DNA of 64,000 bases from Escherichia coli (GCF_036507355.1 NZ_AP027877.1); one strand, 5' to 3'; shown: positions 44,349 to 57,861, counted from the stretch's first letter. A program made the numbers and translations. Notes: generated from the letters alone by a model not told the origin.

Positions 44349-44970
44349 TGTAGACTGGCCCCCTGAATCTCCAGACAACCAATATCACTTAAATAAGTGA
44401 TAGTCTTAATACTAGTTTTTAGACTAGTCATTGGAGAACAGATGATTGATGTCTTAGGGCCGGAGAAACGCAGACGGCGTACTACACAGGAAAAGATCGC
44501 TATCGTTCAGCAGAGCTTTGAACCGGGAATGACGGTCTCCCTTGTTGCCCGGCAACATGGTGTGGCAGCCAGCCAGCTATTTCTCTGGCGTAAGCAATAC
44601 CAGGAGGGAAGTCTTACTGCTGTGGCTGCCGGAGAACAGGTCGTTCCTGCCTCTGAACTTGCTGCCGCCATGAAGCAGATTAAAGAACTCCAGCGCCTGC
44701 TCGGCAAAAAAACGATGGAAAATGAACTCCTTAAAGAAGCCGTTGAATATGGGCGAGCAAAAAAGTGGATAGCGCACGCGCCCTTATTGCCCGGGGATGG
44801 GGAGTAAGCTTCGTCAGCCGTTGTCTCCGGGTGTCGCGTGCGCAGTTGCACGTCATTCTCAGACGAACCGATGACTGGAAGGAAGGCCGCCGCAGCCGTC
44901 ACACGGATGATACGGATGTGCTTCGCCGTATACACCATGTTATCGGAGAGCTGCCCACATATGGTTATCG
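44349..44970 (+). mobile_element. IS2 fragment (left end, orfA, 5' part of orfB)
   Basis: Begins tagactggccccctgaatctccagacaacc; the OrfB-like frame (44765..) loses IS2 homology after ...[10 protein letters not shown]. Confidence 0.85.
44442..44807 (+). CDS. insC: IS2 OrfA (InsC)
   Basis: 121 aa from [41 protein letters not shown]... Confidence 0.85.
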
Positions 44971-45258
44971 TCGGGTATCCGGTCCCACCTTGCAGGTTTT
45001 ACGTACCCGCCAGTCGCCCGATGGCTGCGAGGATGGCAGTTACTACTACCTCGTGGATATGCAGAGAAAAACCGTCCAGCCACTGATGAATGCGCTGTGT
45101 ATTGCCGATAACATCAAACTGGAATACCAGGAGGTGACGGACCCGTATACCAAAGAAAAATACTTTGAGTACGCCCATGACGGCAAACTGATGGGGCAGC
45201 TACTGATACCCTCGAACCCTGACAATCAGGAATAAAAACAACGATAAAGGAAACAGAA

Positions 45259-45726
45259 ATGACAATACGTTCACTAAGTCGGTTTGTGCTGGTGGGTGTA
45301 CTGCTCGCGAGCTTTAATGCCTCTGCTATCCCGGGGTTCTGGCAGCAGGGTTACGGTCAGGGCAATACGGAATACAGTGTGACCGAAGCCAGCGGGAAGA
45401 CGTTTACCATCAACTGCACAGGGAACCCGGACCAGAATGGTTTTTATCAGCATTCAGTCTTTCTTACCCTTGCCGATGACAAGATGGTCAGTTCGCACGA
45501 TGACGACACTACTATCACCGTAGTGATGGATCACCAGCAGTACATTATTCCGTCCAGCCTGGGCTGGCGTAACGGCGATAACGCCTGGTTTGACTTCATC
45601 AGCAATATCTCTGAGGCCGGGCAGTTCGACGTCTACGTCAATGACCACAAAGCAGGGACCTTCACTGCGGACCGGAAGAACGCTGAGAAAGTTCTGTCCA
45701 CTCTCGGAGACTGCAGCAACGACTGA
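45259..45726 (+). CDS. ykfB: Secreted/lipoprotein-like prophage protein (YkfB/YfjT family)
   Basis: 155 aa with signal peptide [23 protein letters not shown]. Confidence 0.6.
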   Translation: MTIRSLSRFVLVGVLLASFNASAIPGFWQQGYGQGNTEYSVTEASGKTFTINCTGNPDQNGFYQHSVFLTLADDKMVSSHDDDTTITVVMDHQQYIIPSSLGWRNGDNAWFDFISNISEAGQFDVYVNDHKAGTFTADRKNAEKVLSTLGDCSND

Positions 45727-45802
45727 TAGTAGTATCTTCCCCAGCAAATCCACCCCGACAGCTAGCAGGCTGCCGGGGTTTTCTTTTATCAGGAGCCCGA
45801 AA

Positions 45803-46042
45803 ATGACCCAATCCGTGTTGCTGCCACCGGGGCCTTTCACCCGGAGACAAGCGCAAGCGGTCACTACCACGTACAGCAATATCACACTCGAAGACGACCA
45901 GGGCAGTCACTTCCGTCTGGTGGTTCGTGATACTGAAGGCCGGATGGTCTGGCGGGCATGGAACTTTGAGCCGGATGCCGGTGAAGGTCTTAACCGCTAT
46001 ATCCGCACCTCAGGCATCCGTACAGACACGGCCACCCGCTGA
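45803..46042 (+). CDS. ykfF: DUF905-family prophage protein
   Basis: 79 aa from [12 protein letters not shown]...; conserved [44 protein letters not shown]. Confidence 0.65.
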   Translation: MTQSVLLPPGPFTRRQAQAVTTTYSNITLEDDQGSHFRLVVRDTEGRMVWRAWNFEPDAGEGLNRYIRTSGIRTDTATR

Positions 46043-46139
46043 TCGCGAAGCATTTACCCGCATTCACCTCCCCGAACACACTTTATATCCCCATACGCCA
46101 GCCATCGCCGCTGGCGTTTTTATTGACGGAGACATACCC

Positions 46140-46598
46140 ATGACAACACAGACGCAGCACGACCTCGCACCCGCTAACCAACCCGAATTTGAACTGACCG
46201 TCACGCCGGTCCCCGATGAACAGCGTATCGATTTCTGGCCACAGTACTTTGGCGCTATCCCGCAGTGGCTACTCCTGGAGCCGCATATCTTCGCCTGGAT
46301 GGACCGCTTCTGTGAGGGCTACAGCGGTGGTATCTGGTCGTTCTACACCCTCAGCAATGGCGGCGCATTTATGTCCCCCGAGCCTGACAACGATGAGACA
46401 TGGCGTCTGTTTAACTGCCTGAACGGTAACGATGCCCAAATGAGTGCAGAAGCAGCAGGTATTGCTGTCTGCCTGATTGCGTATAGCCACCATGCCTGCC
46501 GTACAGAATGTGACGCGATGACCGCACACTATTACCGCCTGCGGGAGTATGCCATGCAACATCCAGAGGCTCACGCCATTCTGCGTATTATCGACTGA
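46140..46598 (+). CDS. yafX: Antirestriction protein (ArdB/KlcA-like)
   Basis: 152 aa from MTTQTQHDL...; the ORF-track upstream extension is probably not coding. Confidence 0.7.
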   Translation: MTTQTQHDLAPANQPEFELTVTPVPDEQRIDFWPQYFGAIPQWLLLEPHIFAWMDRFCEGYSGGIWSFYTLSNGGAFMSPEPDNDETWRLFNCLNGNDAQMSAEAAGIAVCLIAYSHHACRTECDAMTAHYYRLREYAMQHPEAHAILRIID

Positions 46599-46613
46599 CC
46601 GAAGGAGCAACAG

Positions 46614-47090
46614 ATGAAACAGCTTTCCTTTTTACCCGGCGAGATGACGCCACAGGACCGGCGTCTCATTCAGCGGGCGCTCAGGGCTCTGGACCGCCAC
46701 CTGCATGAGCCCGGCGTAGCCTTCACCTCTACCCACGCCGTACGTGAATGGCTGCGACTGCATATGGCCGCGCTTGAGCGGGAAGAGTTCCGGGTGTTGT
46801 ATCTGGACAACCAGAATCAGTTGATTGCCCATGAAACGCTCTTCACCGGCACGATTAACCGCACCGAGGTGCATCCCCGGGAGGTGGTCAAACGTGCTCT
46901 GCACTTCAACGCGGCGGCGGTGATACTCGCGCATAACCATCCTTCCGGCGAGACGACACCTAGCCAGGCCGACAAAACCCTCACGCAGCGACTGGTTCAG
47001 GTGCTTCAGCTGGTGGATATCCGTGTCCCTGACCATCTGATTGTCGGTGGCAGGCAAATCTATTCGTTCGCAGAACACGGTCTGCTTTGA
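46614..47090 (+). CDS. ykfG: RadC-like JAB-domain protein
   Basis: 158 aa with JAMM motif region (AAAVILAHNHPSGETTPSQAD). Confidence 0.8.
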   Translation: MKQLSFLPGEMTPQDRRLIQRALRALDRHLHEPGVAFTSTHAVREWLRLHMAALEREEFRVLYLDNQNQLIAHETLFTGTINRTEVHPREVVKRALHFNAAAVILAHNHPSGETTPSQADKTLTQRLVQVLQLVDIRVPDHLIVGGRQIYSFAEHGLL

Positions 47091-47098
47091 GGTATTAC

Positions 47099-47320
47099 AT
47101 GAAAATTATCAGTAAACGCAGGGCAATGACGATATACCGCCAGCATCCTGAGTCCCGAATCTTTCGCTACTGCACCGGCAAATACCAGTGGCACGGTAGC
47201 GTCTGTCATTACACCGGCAGGGACGTTCCGGATATCGCCGGAGTCCTCGCGGTATACGCCGAACGCCGCCAAGACCGCAATGGGCCCTATACCTGCCTGA
47301 TGAGCATCACCCTGAACTGA
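47099..47320 (+). CDS. ykfH: DUF987-family prophage protein
   Basis: 73 aa from MKIISKRRAMTIYRQHPESRIFRYCTGKYQWHGS... Confidence 0.7.
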   Translation: MKIISKRRAMTIYRQHPESRIFRYCTGKYQWHGSVCHYTGRDVPDIAGVLAVYAERRQDRNGPYTCLMSITLN

Positions 47321-47338
47321 CAATAGTGGAGAACTGTA

Positions 47339-48018
<680 letters not shown>

Positions 48019-48399
48019 ACATTGCGTACAACCTTCCCGATTTACATTTCTGAACTTCCTCCCTTGTTTACCTATTGCGTAATGCGCCTGCTACTACCCG
48101 GCAGGCGCGTTATCTTTTTACGGACAAACAATCATGCAACCAGAAGTTGAAGTATTAACCGATCATAATGAGCTAATTTGTTCGAGCTTTATTGAACACA
48201 TTGCCAACACATTAAATTTAGGAGTGGTGTACAACTAAACCTGCAGCCAAGGATGTATAGTGAGCGAAGCCCTATCAGGCCTTTTTGGTCAGTAGATAAG
48301 ATTGATCTTCGTTGATAGAATTTACTTACACCAGCTGTTACATTAAGATAATTTTTTGGTGGGAGAATGATAAGATCTTACGTAACAATTTGATTTTAA

Positions 48400-48475
48400 T
48401 GGTGCCGATAATAGGAGTCGAACCTACGACCTTCGCATTACGAATGCGCTGCTCTACCAACTGAGCTATATCGGC
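48400..48475 (-). tRNA. thrW: tRNA-Thr (anticodon CGU)
   Basis: Reverse complement GCCGATATAGCTCAGTTGGTAGAGCAGCGCATTCGTAATGCGAAGGTCGTAGGTTCGACTCCTATTATCGGCACCA; cloverleaf with CGT anticodon loop and encoded CCA. Confidence 0.9.
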
Positions 48476-48589
48476 CCTGAAAGGACATGTTCACGAACGT
48501 GAATCACGGTGGACAAGGTTAAAACTAACCGGGCGATGCGTCAATGGCCTTGTGAATCAAATGGCTACTTTTGCATCACCCGATTTTAT

Positions 48590-49843
48590 TTACGCACGAA
48601 TGGTGTAATCACCAATGCCGATCCACTTGTAAGTGGTCAGTGCTTCCAGCCCCATTGGGCCACGCGCGTGGAGTTTTTGTGTGCTTACCGCCACTTCCGC
48701 ACCCAGTCCAAACTGGCCGCCGTCGGTAAAACGCGTAGAGGCGTTAACGTAAACAGCGGACGAATCCACTTCGTTAACAAAACGCTGGGCGTTGCGCATA
48801 TCGCGGGTCAGGATCGCATCGGAGTGTTGTGTGCCGTGTTCACGAATATGGGCGATGGCATCGTCAAGATCGCTGACGATTTTGACGTTCAAATCTAATG
48901 ACAGAAACTCATCGTCATACTCTTCGGCTTTAACCGCCACCACCTTCGCGGGGCCTGCCTGCAACTGTGTCAGCGCAGCTGCATCTGCGTGTAATGTCAC
49001 GCCGCTTTCCGCCATTTGTTTGCTTAATACGGGCAGGAAGCTATCGGCGATGTTTTTATTCACCAGCAACGTTTCTACCGTATTACATGTGCTCGGACGC
49101 TGAGTTTTCGCATTGACGATTACTTTCAGGGCTTCAGCAATCTCTGCACTTTCATCAACATAAATATGGCATACGCCTATACCACCTGTGATCACCGGGA
49201 TCGTCGACTGCTCGCGGCACAGTTTATGCAAACCAGCCCCGCCGCGCGGGATCAGCATGTCGATGTATTTATCCATACGCAGCATTTCACTGACCAGCGC
49301 ACGGTCAGGATTATCAATCGCCTGCACGGCACCCGCCGGTAAGCCACAGGATTTCAGGGCGTCCTGAATCACCGCCACCGTTGCCGCGTTAGTGCGACAG
49401 GTTTCTTTGCCACCACGCAGGATCACCGCATTACCGGTTTTCAGGCACAGCGAAGCGACATCAACCGTCACGTTCGGGCGCGCTTCATAAATCACGCCAG
49501 TAACCCCCAGCGGTACGCGACGACGCTCAAGACGCAGGCCGCTGTCCAGTACGCCGCCATCGATTACCTGCCCCACCGGATCGGCGAGGTTGCACACCTG
49601 GCGCACATCATCGGCAATGCCTTTCAGCCGTGCGGGCGTCAGTGCCAGACGGTCAAGCATCGCTTCGCTAAGGCCATTGGCTCGCGCGTCAGCAACATCC
49701 TGGGCGTTAGCGTTGAGGATGATTTCGCTTTGTGCTTCCAGTTCATCGGCGATTTTTTCCAGCACGCGATTTTTTTCGCGGCTGGAGAGTTGCGCTAATT
49801 TATACGAGGCTTGCTTCGCGGCAATGCCCATTTGTTCCAGCAT
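48590..49843 (-). CDS. proA: Gamma-glutamyl phosphate reductase
   Basis: 417 aa; classic ProA sequence. Confidence 0.95.
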   Translation of the reverse strand: MLEQMGIAAKQASYKLAQLSSREKNRVLEKIADELEAQSEIILNANAQDVADARANGLSEAMLDRLALTPARLKGIADDVRQVCNLADPVGQVIDGGVLDSGLRLERRRVPLGVTGVIYEARPNVTVDVASLCLKTGNAVILRGGKETCRTNAATVAVIQDALKSCGLPAGAVQAIDNPDRALVSEMLRMDKYIDMLIPRGGAGLHKLCREQSTIPVITGGIGVCHIYVDESAEIAEALKVIVNAKTQRPSTCNTVETLLVNKNIADSFLPVLSKQMAESGVTLHADAAALTQLQAGPAKVVAVKAEEYDDEFLSLDLNVKIVSDLDDAIAHIREHGTQHSDAILTRDMRNAQRFVNEVDSSAVYVNASTRFTDGGQFGLGAEVAVSTQKLHARGPMGLEALTTYKWIGIGDYTIRA

Positions 49844-49854
49844 CGGCCAGCTCC

Positions 49855-50958
49855 TTAACGGGTAATCATGTCATCACGGTGAACGGCAACCGGGCCGTAT
49901 TCATATCCCAGTATTGCATCAATTTCTTGCGAGTGGTGTCCGGCAATACGGCGTAATGCATCGCTGTTGTAACGACTGACGCCGTGGGCGATATCGCGAC
50001 CTTCGAGGTTACAAATGCGGATGACTTCACCACGCGAGAAATTGCCAGTCACGCTTTTAATGCCTTTCGGCAACAGGGAGCTGCCGCATTCAAGAATGGC
50101 GGCAGTTGCCCCTTCATCTACCGTGATTTCACCCGCCGGCGGCGCACCGAAAATCCAGCGTTTACGGTTTTCAAGCGGAGTCGCCTGGGCATGGAACAGC
50201 GTACCGACGGAAATGCCTTCCATCACATCACCAATGACGCCCGGCTTGCTGCCCGCGGCAATAATGGTGTCGATACCCGCACGGCAAGCCACGTCCGCGG
50301 CCTGCAATTTGGTACTCATGCCGCCAGTTCCGAGGCCTGAAACGCTGTCACCGGCAATCGCGCGCAGTGCGTCATCAATACCGTAAACATCTTTAATCAA
50401 TTCTGCCTGCGGATTACTGCGCGGGTCAGCGGTATACAAACCTTTTTGATCGGTCAGTAACAACAGTTTATCGGCACCCGCCAGAATCGCCGCCAGTGCA
50501 GAAAGGTTGTCGTTATCGCCGACTTTAATCTCTGCCGTAGCGACAGCATCGTTCTCATTGATTACCGGAACGATATTGTTATCGAGCAACGCACGCAGGG
50601 TGTCGCGGGCGTTCAGGAAGCGTTCACGGTCTTCCATATCAGCACGGGTCAGCAGCATTTGCCCGACGTGAATGCCATAAATTGAAAACAGCTGTTCCCA
50701 CAGTTGAATCAGTCGACTCTGCCCTACCGCCGCCAGCAGTTGTTTCGAGGCGATAGTCGCTGGCAGTTCTGGGTAACCCAGGTGCTCACGTCCGGCGGCG
50801 ATCGCGCCCGACGTCACAATAACAATCCGATGCCCGGCGGCATGTAACTGCGCGCACTGGCGAACAAGTTCAACGATATGGGCACGGTTCAGGCGGCGCG
50901 ATCCGCCTGTTAGCACACTGGTGCCGAGTTTTACCACCAGCGTCTGGCTGTCACTCAT
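49855..50958 (-). CDS. proB: Glutamate 5-kinase
   Basis: Start [19 protein letters not shown] gives 367 aa; C-terminal PUA domain. Confidence 0.95.
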   Translation of the reverse strand: MSDSQTLVVKLGTSVLTGGSRRLNRAHIVELVRQCAQLHAAGHRIVIVTSGAIAAGREHLGYPELPATIASKQLLAAVGQSRLIQLWEQLFSIYGIHVGQMLLTRADMEDRERFLNARDTLRALLDNNIVPVINENDAVATAEIKVGDNDNLSALAAILAGADKLLLLTDQKGLYTADPRSNPQAELIKDVYGIDDALRAIAGDSVSGLGTGGMSTKLQAADVACRAGIDTIIAAGSKPGVIGDVMEGISVGTLFHAQATPLENRKRWIFGAPPAGEITVDEGATAAILECGSSLLPKGIKSVTGNFSRGEVIRICNLEGRDIAHGVSRYNSDALRRIAGHHSQEIDAILGYEYGPVAVHRDDMITR

Positions 50959-51146
50959 GATTCTCTGCCATTCAATTTTAGGAAAAATGATATCAAACGA
51001 ACGTTTTAGCAGGACTGTCGTCGGTTGCCAACCATCTGCGAGCAAAGCATGGCGTTTTGTTGCGCGGGATCAGCAAGCCTAGCGGCAGTTGTTTACGCTT
51101 TTATTACAGATTTAATAAATTACCACATTTTAAGAATATCATTAAT

Positions 51147-51164
51147 CTGTAATATATCTTTAAC
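51147..51164 (+). promoter_or_regulatory. Candidate Pho box (PhoB binding site) of phoE
   Basis: ctgtaatatatctttaac: two 7-bp CTGTAAT/CTTTAAC-type half sites separated by 4 bp, about 80 bp upstream of phoE. Confidence 0.45.
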
Positions 51165-51245
51165 AATCTCAGGTTAAAAACTTTCCTGTTTTCAACGGGA
51201 CTCTCCCGCTGAATATTCGCGCGTTAATTAAAATCAGGAATGAAA

Positions 51246-52301
51246 ATGAAAAAGAGCACTCTGGCATTAGTGGTGATGGGCATTGTGGCATCTGCATCCG
51301 TACAGGCCGCAGAAATATATAACAAAGACGGTAATAAACTGGATGTCTATGGCAAAGTTAAAGCCATGCATTATATGAGTGATAACGACAGTAAAGATGG
51401 CGACCAGAGTTATATCCGTTTTGGTTTTAAAGGCGAAACACAAATTAACGATCAACTGACTGGTTATGGTCGTTGGGAAGCAGAGTTTGCCGGTAATAAA
51501 GCAGAGAGTGATACTGCACAGCAAAAAACGCGTCTCGCTTTTGCCGGGTTGAAATATAAAGATTTGGGTTCTTTCGATTATGGTCGTAACCTGGGCGCGT
51601 TGTATGACGTGGAAGCCTGGACCGATATGTTCCCGGAATTTGGTGGCGACTCCTCGGCGCAGACCGACAACTTTATGACCAAACGCGCCAGCGGTCTGGC
51701 GACGTATCGGAACACCGACTTCTTCGGCGTTATCGATGGCCTGAACTTAACCCTGCAATATCAAGGGAAAAACGAAAACCGCGACGTTAAAAAGCAAAAC
51801 GGCGATGGCTTCGGCACGTCATTGACATATGACTTTGGCGGCAGCGATTTCGCCATTAGTGGGGCCTATACCAACTCAGATCGCACCAACGAGCAGAACC
51901 TGCAAAGCCGTGGCACAGGCAAGCGTGCAGAAGCATGGGCTACAGGTCTGAAATACGATGCCAATAATATTTATCTGGCAACTTTTTATTCTGAAACACG
52001 CAAAATGACGCCAATAACTGGCGGCTTTGCCAATAAGACACAGAACTTTGAAGCGGTCGCTCAATACCAGTTTGACTTTGGTTTGCGTCCATCGCTGGGT
52101 TATGTCTTATCGAAAGGGAAAGATATTGAAGGTATCGGTGATGAAGATCTGGTCAATTATATCGATGTCGGTGCTACATATTATTTCAACAAAAATATGT
52201 CAGCGTTTGTTGATTATAAAATCAACCAACTGGATAGCGATAACAAATTGAATATTAATAATGATGATATTGTCGCGGTTGGCATGACCTATCAGTTTTA
52301 A
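51246..52301 (+). CDS. phoE: Outer-membrane phosphoporin
   Basis: 351 aa from [37 protein letters not shown]...; porin ending ...GMTYQF. Confidence 0.95.
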   Translation: MKKSTLALVVMGIVASASVQAAEIYNKDGNKLDVYGKVKAMHYMSDNDSKDGDQSYIRFGFKGETQINDQLTGYGRWEAEFAGNKAESDTAQQKTRLAFAGLKYKDLGSFDYGRNLGALYDVEAWTDMFPEFGGDSSAQTDNFMTKRASGLATYRNTDFFGVIDGLNLTLQYQGKNENRDVKKQNGDGFGTSLTYDFGGSDFAISGAYTNSDRTNEQNLQSRGTGKRAEAWATGLKYDANNIYLATFYSETRKMTPITGGFANKTQNFEAVAQYQFDFGLRPSLGYVLSKGKDIEGIGDEDLVNYIDVGATYYFNKNMSAFVDYKINQLDSDNKLNINNDDIVAVGMTYQF

Positions 52302-52309
52302 TGATTATT

Positions 52310-52330
52310 GCCGGATGTGATGCATCCGGC
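52310..52330. terminator. Bidirectional hairpin between convergent phoE and crl
   Basis: gccggatgtgatgcatccggc: 8-bp perfect stem with short loop, AT-rich on both sides. Confidence 0.5.
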
Positions 52331-52339
52331 ACATTTCAC

Positions 52340-52798
<459 letters not shown>

Positions 52799-54043
52799 TT
52801 AACACAAGCGTTTTTCGATCCAGTCGGTGATTTCCTGAAGACCTTTGTCAAAATTCCGATACACCGGGTTAAATGGGATCTCTAATAATTTACCGTCAGC
52901 AGATGATGAGGTGATTAAGCGTGAGTCCTCTTCCGGGCTGAACGGATCGTTCTTCCAGTAGCCTGATAACATTGGCGTTGGGCAGCGACGTCCCAGCAAT
53001 CCTTGCACTTTTAATGAATAGCGATTCAGCTCCACGCGCAACGCTTCATCGGAAGCATCATGCATCCCCAAACGACTCGCCAGAACGTCAAGATACATTT
53101 CCGGCACCTGTTGCTGGCACTTAAAATCACTCAACAGGGTATGAACTACCGGACCAAGACAGGCAACCGCTTTCAGACGCGGCGATTCAAGATATGCCAG
53201 ACGCACGGCAACGTTAGCGCCGAAACGGAAACCAAAGGCCGCGACGCGAGTGTGATCCACCCACGGTACGTTAGGCAGAGCCTTTAAGACGTGCTGATGC
53301 AACAGGCTGGAGTCCTGGGTGAGCTTCCATTTTGATGAAAAGCCCACCGACGGCATATCAATAGTCAGCATCGCAATGCCGCGCGGCGCAAAATAACGTT
53401 CATACAGGCTGTAATAGTCCGTCTGCATCGCATCCAGACCACCACACATTAATACCGTCGGGAACGGGCCATCGCCTTTCGGCATATGCAAAAAGCCGGT
53501 GATGGGCGCACCGCCGGGTACGGTAAACTCCATCTGCCGCATCGTGCCCGGCAGACGCTGAGCGGCCTCTTCATAGGCGCGGTTTGACAAAGTCTGCGCT
53601 TGCTCGGCCAGGTCATCTCCTTTCAGATGAGGATAGGCGGCAATGTTGTACAACGTAGCCGCATGCAGCCAGTGACGACCACTGAGTTGCGGATCTTCTT
53701 CCGCACAGGCTTTTTGTTGCCACACCATCGCCTGGGTGGCCCACTCATAAATCCAGTTGCCGCCACGGTAGCCAATCACCGTATCGTATAAATCATCGTC
53801 GGTACGTTCGGCATCGCTCATCACAATACGTGCCTGGACGTCGAGGATTTCGCGTGGGTCAATGCCGCGCCAGATCCACATCAGACGGTTAATCATGCGA
53901 TACCAGTGAGGGATGGTTTTACCATCAAGGGCCGACTGCACAGGCGGTTGTGCGCCGTGATTAAAGCGGCGGACTAGCGTCGAGGTTTCAGGATGTTTAA
54001 AGCGGGGTTTGAACAGGGTTTCGCTCAGGTTTGCCTGTGTCAT
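52799..54043 (-). CDS. frsA: Esterase FrsA (alpha/beta hydrolase)
   Basis: 414 aa; GFRFG nucleophile-elbow-like motif; conserved position between crl and gpt. Confidence 0.9.
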   Translation of the reverse strand: MTQANLSETLFKPRFKHPETSTLVRRFNHGAQPPVQSALDGKTIPHWYRMINRLMWIWRGIDPREILDVQARIVMSDAERTDDDLYDTVIGYRGGNWIYEWATQAMVWQQKACAEEDPQLSGRHWLHAATLYNIAAYPHLKGDDLAEQAQTLSNRAYEEAAQRLPGTMRQMEFTVPGGAPITGFLHMPKGDGPFPTVLMCGGLDAMQTDYYSLYERYFAPRGIAMLTIDMPSVGFSSKWKLTQDSSLLHQHVLKALPNVPWVDHTRVAAFGFRFGANVAVRLAYLESPRLKAVACLGPVVHTLLSDFKCQQQVPEMYLDVLASRLGMHDASDEALRVELNRYSLKVQGLLGRRCPTPMLSGYWKNDPFSPEEDSRLITSSSADGKLLEIPFNPVYRNFDKGLQEITDWIEKRLC

Positions 54044-54134
54044 GGATGCAGCCTCCAGAATACTTACTGGAAACTATTGTAACCCGCCTGAAGTTAAAAA
54101 GAACAACGCCCGGCAGTGCCAGGCGTTGAAAAGA

Positions 54135-54593
54135 TTAGCGACCGGAGATTGGCGGGACGAATACGACGCCCATATCCCACGGCTGTTCGATCCAGGTATC
54201 TTGCGGGATATCAACAACATAATCATCAACCAGCGGACGACCAGCCGGTTTTGCAAAGATGGTGACAAAGTGCGCTTTTGGATACATTTCACGAATCGCA
54301 ACCGCAGTACCACCGGTATCCACCAGGTCATCAATAACGATGAAGCCTTCGCCATCGCCTTCTGCGCGTTTCAGCACTTTAAGCTCGCGCTGGTTGTCGT
54401 GATCGTAGCTGGAAATACAAACGGTATCGACATGACGAATACCCAGTTCACGCGCCAGTAACGCACCCGGTACCAGACCGCCACGGCTTACGGCAATAAT
54501 GCCTTTCCATTGTTCAGAAGGCATCAGTCGGCTTGCGAGTTTACGTGCATGGATCTGCAACATGTCCCAGGTGACGATGTATTTTTCGCTCAT
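54135..54593 (-). CDS. gpt: Xanthine-guanine phosphoribosyltransferase
   Basis: 152 aa [20 protein letters not shown]...; PRPP-binding [11 protein letters not shown]. Confidence 0.95.
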
Positions 54594-54853
54594 GTGAAGT
54601 GTCCCAGCCTGTTTATCTACGGCTTAAAAAGTGTTCGAGGGGAAAATAGGTTGCGCGAGATTATAGAGATCTGGCGCACTAAAAACCAGTATTTCACATG
54701 AGTCCGCGTCTTTTTACGCACTGCCTCTCCCTGACGCGGGATAAAGTGGTATTCTCAAACATATCTCGCAAGCCTGTCTTGTGTTGACAACATTTTCTGC
54801 TAACCCTGTGACCTGCAATACTGTTTTGCGGGTGATCGACAAGGAGACTTAAC

Positions 54854-56311
54854 GTGTCTGAACTGTCTCAATTATCTCCACAGCCGCTGTGGGATATTTT
54901 TGCCAAAATCTGTTCTATTCCTCACCCGTCCTATCATGAAGAGCAACTCGCTGAATACATTGTTGGTTGGGCAAAAGAGAAAGGTTTCCATGTCGAACGC
55001 GATCAGGTAGGTAATATCCTGATTCGTAAACCTGCTACAGCAGGTATGGAAAATCGTAAACCGGTCGTCTTGCAGGCCCACCTCGATATGGTGCCGCAGA
55101 AAAATAACGACACCGTGCATGACTTCACGAAAGATCCTATCCAGCCTTATATTGATGGCGAATGGGTTAAAGCGCGCGGCACCACGCTGGGTGCGGATAA
55201 CGGCATTGGTATGGCCTCTGCACTGGCGGTTCTGGCTGACGAAAACGTGGTTCACGGTCCGCTGGAAGTGCTGCTGACCATGACCGAAGAAGCCGGTATG
55301 GACGGTGCTTTTGGCTTACAGAGCAACTGGTTGCAGGCTGATATTCTGATTAACACCGACTCCGAAGAAGAAGGTGAAATCTACATGGGTTGCGCGGGGG
55401 GTATCGACTTCACCTCCAACCTGCATTTAGATCGTGAAGCGGTTCCAGCTGGTTTTGAAACCTTCAAGTTAACCTTAAAAGGTCTGAAAGGCGGTCACTC
55501 CGGCGGGGAAATCCACGTTGGCCTGGGTAATGCCAACAAACTGCTGGTGCGCTTCCTGGCGGGTCATGCAGAAGAACTGGACCTGCGTCTTATCGATTTC
55601 AACGGCGGCACACTGCGTAACGCCATCCCGCGTGAAGCCTTTGCGACCATTGCTGTCGCAGCTGATAAAGTCGACGCCCTGAAATCTCTGGTGAATACCT
55701 ATCAGGAGATCCTGAAAAACGAGCTGGCAGAGAAAGAGAAAAATCTGGCCTTGTTGCTGGACTCTGTAGCGAACGATAAAGCTGCCCTGATTGCGAAATC
55801 TCGCGATACCTTTATTCGTCTGCTGAACGCCACCCCGAACGGTGTGATCCGCAATTCCGACGTGGCAAAAGGTGTGGTCGAAACCTCCCTGAACGTCGGT
55901 GTGGTGACCATGACTGACAATAACGTAGAAATTCACTGCCTGATCCGTTCTCTGATCGACAGCGGTAAAGACTACGTGGTGAGCATGCTGGATTCGCTGG
56001 GTAAACTGGCTGGCGCGAAAACCGAAGCGAAAGGCGCATATCCTGGCTGGCAGCCGGACGCTAATTCTCCGGTGATGCATCTGGTACGTGAAACCTATCA
56101 GCGCCTGTTCAACAAGACGCCGAACATCCAGATTATCCACGCGGGCCTGGAATGTGGTCTGTTCAAAAAACCGTATCCGGAAATGGACATGGTTTCTATC
56201 GGGCCAACAATCACCGGTCCACACTCTCCGGATGAGCAAGTTCACATCGAAAGCGTAGGTCATTACTGGACACTGCTGACTGAACTGCTGAAAGAAATTC
56301 CGGCGAAGTAA
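54854..56311 (+). CDS. pepD: Cytosol non-specific dipeptidase (M20 family)
   Basis: 485 aa; followed by hairpin tgccggatggcg...cgccttccggca at 56324-56353. Confidence 0.95.
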   Translation: MSELSQLSPQPLWDIFAKICSIPHPSYHEEQLAEYIVGWAKEKGFHVERDQVGNILIRKPATAGMENRKPVVLQAHLDMVPQKNNDTVHDFTKDPIQPYIDGEWVKARGTTLGADNGIGMASALAVLADENVVHGPLEVLLTMTEEAGMDGAFGLQSNWLQADILINTDSEEEGEIYMGCAGGIDFTSNLHLDREAVPAGFETFKLTLKGLKGGHSGGEIHVGLGNANKLLVRFLAGHAEELDLRLIDFNGGTLRNAIPREAFATIAVAADKVDALKSLVNTYQEILKNELAEKEKNLALLLDSVANDKAALIAKSRDTFIRLLNATPNGVIRNSDVAKGVVETSLNVGVVTMTDNNVEIHCLIRSLIDSGKDYVVSMLDSLGKLAGAKTEAKGAYPGWQPDANSPVMHLVRETYQRLFNKTPNIQIIHAGLECGLFKKPYPEMDMVSIGPTITGPHSPDEQVHIESVGHYWTLLTELLKEIPAK

Positions 56312-56367
56312 TTATTTGATTTGCTGCCGGATGGCGTTTAATCGCCTTCCGGCAGTTTCATCCTTCA

Positions 56368-56925
56368 TTATCCTTCGATAAAAGCCATCCCTGTGAACGT
56401 TCGTCGCGGGTTGCCACGTTCAATCTGGTGATGGAACATTCGCCGCTGCGATTTCAGCGCCGCGCTATTTTCCTGTTGCTGCTGCCCCAGCTTCCAGGCA
56501 ATCAGCAATCGCGCCAGCCGTTTGTTAGCATGCTGGCTGCGCTCTGACTGAACCTTCACGCTAATACCGGATGCCAGATGCGTGGCGCGTACCGCCGAGT
56601 CGGTTTTATTGACATGTTGACCGCCCGGCCCCGACGAACGCAGCGTCTCATAACGGATTGCATCCGATTGTTCCTGCTCATCAGCGGTAAAACGCCCAAT
56701 GCCCAGAAACCAGTTTTTGCGCCCATGATGAGGCCGATACGGACTCGGACAAATCCACTGAATAGTGCCGCACCAACTTTCGCTTAATGCCCATGCGTTA
56801 TCGCCATCCAGAGAAATCAGCGCCGAACGCAGCGTGTCAGAGTAGCGGCCTGTTTCTGTTTCCAGCACCGTTACCGCGACGTCTTGTCGGGTAAAAACGA
56901 CCAACAGAGAAGAACGCTGCGCCAA
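56368..56925 (-). pseudogene. prfH: Peptide chain release factor homolog PrfH, probably 5'-truncated
   Basis: Contains the GGQ release-factor motif ([27 protein letters not shown]); upstream frame overlaps an rtcB-like fragment. Confidence 0.7.
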
Positions 56926-57103
56926 TCGGGTAGCCGCGTCCGGGGTGTAAATCTGGCATCCCCACTACGCGCTGCATGTTGGGTAAATTTGCCGTGGTGT
57001 GTAATTGTTGGATCGCTAAACTCTCGATCCACAGGTCATCAGATGCGATAATAAATACCGCATCGGATAAGGGACGAATATATTTGCCCATGTACCATTC
57101 CAT
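56837..57103 (-). pseudogene. ykfJ: RtcB-like RNA ligase, N-terminal fragment
   Basis: 88 aa; ...[21 protein letters not shown] resembles the RtcB N-terminal metal-binding region, then diverges. Confidence 0.6.
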
Positions 57104-57408
57104 TTATACTCGTCATACTTCAAGTTGCATGTACTGCGACTGCGTTCGTTCACCCCAGTCACTTACTTATGTAAGCTCCTGGGGATTCACTCGCTTGTCG
57201 CCTTCCTGCAACTCGAATTATTTAGAGTATATAAATATAAAAATCAGGAAATGGCAGACGAATCCAGGGCAAGAAAAAAAGAATTAATCCTGGAAAGATC
57301 TGCAAAGAGTCATTGATAAAGGATTTGTCATGATTTACCTCCTTGCAGTTTGTGGAATAAGAAAACGCGCACATACCAGGCGGGCGTTATTTTCATTGCA
57401 AGCTGGAT

Positions 57409-57861
57409 TTAATGTTGCGGTTTATATCGCATATAAAAATTAGTAAACCAAGCTCCACGGCATTCAACGCGCTGCTGCTTAACTGTCTGAAAACCATAAC
57501 GTTCAAAAAAGGGTTTTGCGGTTATGCTGGCGTCCACCGTAAGTTCGGATTCAGACTTAATCAAAGGTTTTAACAAAGCGCTGGCAACCCCACGGCGGGT
57601 GTATTCAGGGTCAACAAATAACATATCGATATAATGTTCAATGCGGGAAATAAAACCAACCGGTTGTGCATTAATGACTGCAACCCGCACTTGTGATTTC
57701 GCGAGTTTCTCCTTCCAGCGAGATTCGTCAATCTGCGCCCAGGCGGCAATTTGTTGTGGTGAATAATGCTGACTGGCGGTCATCGTAACCGCTCTAATGA
57801 AAATAGCGCATAGTTGCTGAAAATCGCCAGGCTGATAGTTTCTTATTTGTATGTTATTCAT
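57409..57861 (-). CDS. yafP: GNAT-family acetyltransferase
   Basis: 150 aa; start codon overlaps the dinB stop (ATGA at 57858-57861). Confidence 0.85.
   Translation of the reverse strand: MNNIQIRNYQPGDFQQLCAIFIRAVTMTASQHYSPQQIAAWAQIDESRWKEKLAKSQVRVAVINAQPVGFISRIEHYIDMLFVDPEYTRRGVASALLKPLIKSESELTVDASITAKPFFERYGFQTVKQQRVECRGAWFTNFYMRYKPQH

Noticed and set aside
44765..45235. ORF 44765..45235 as a single gene
   Set aside because: It is a chimera: the first 68 codons are the IS2 orfB 5' end and the remainder is a different, unidentified frame beyond the IS2 breakpoint.
48019..48399. Possible second att copy or small gene between the toxin gene and thrW
   Set aside because: No repeat of the thrW 3' end and no ORF with start context could be identified by eye.
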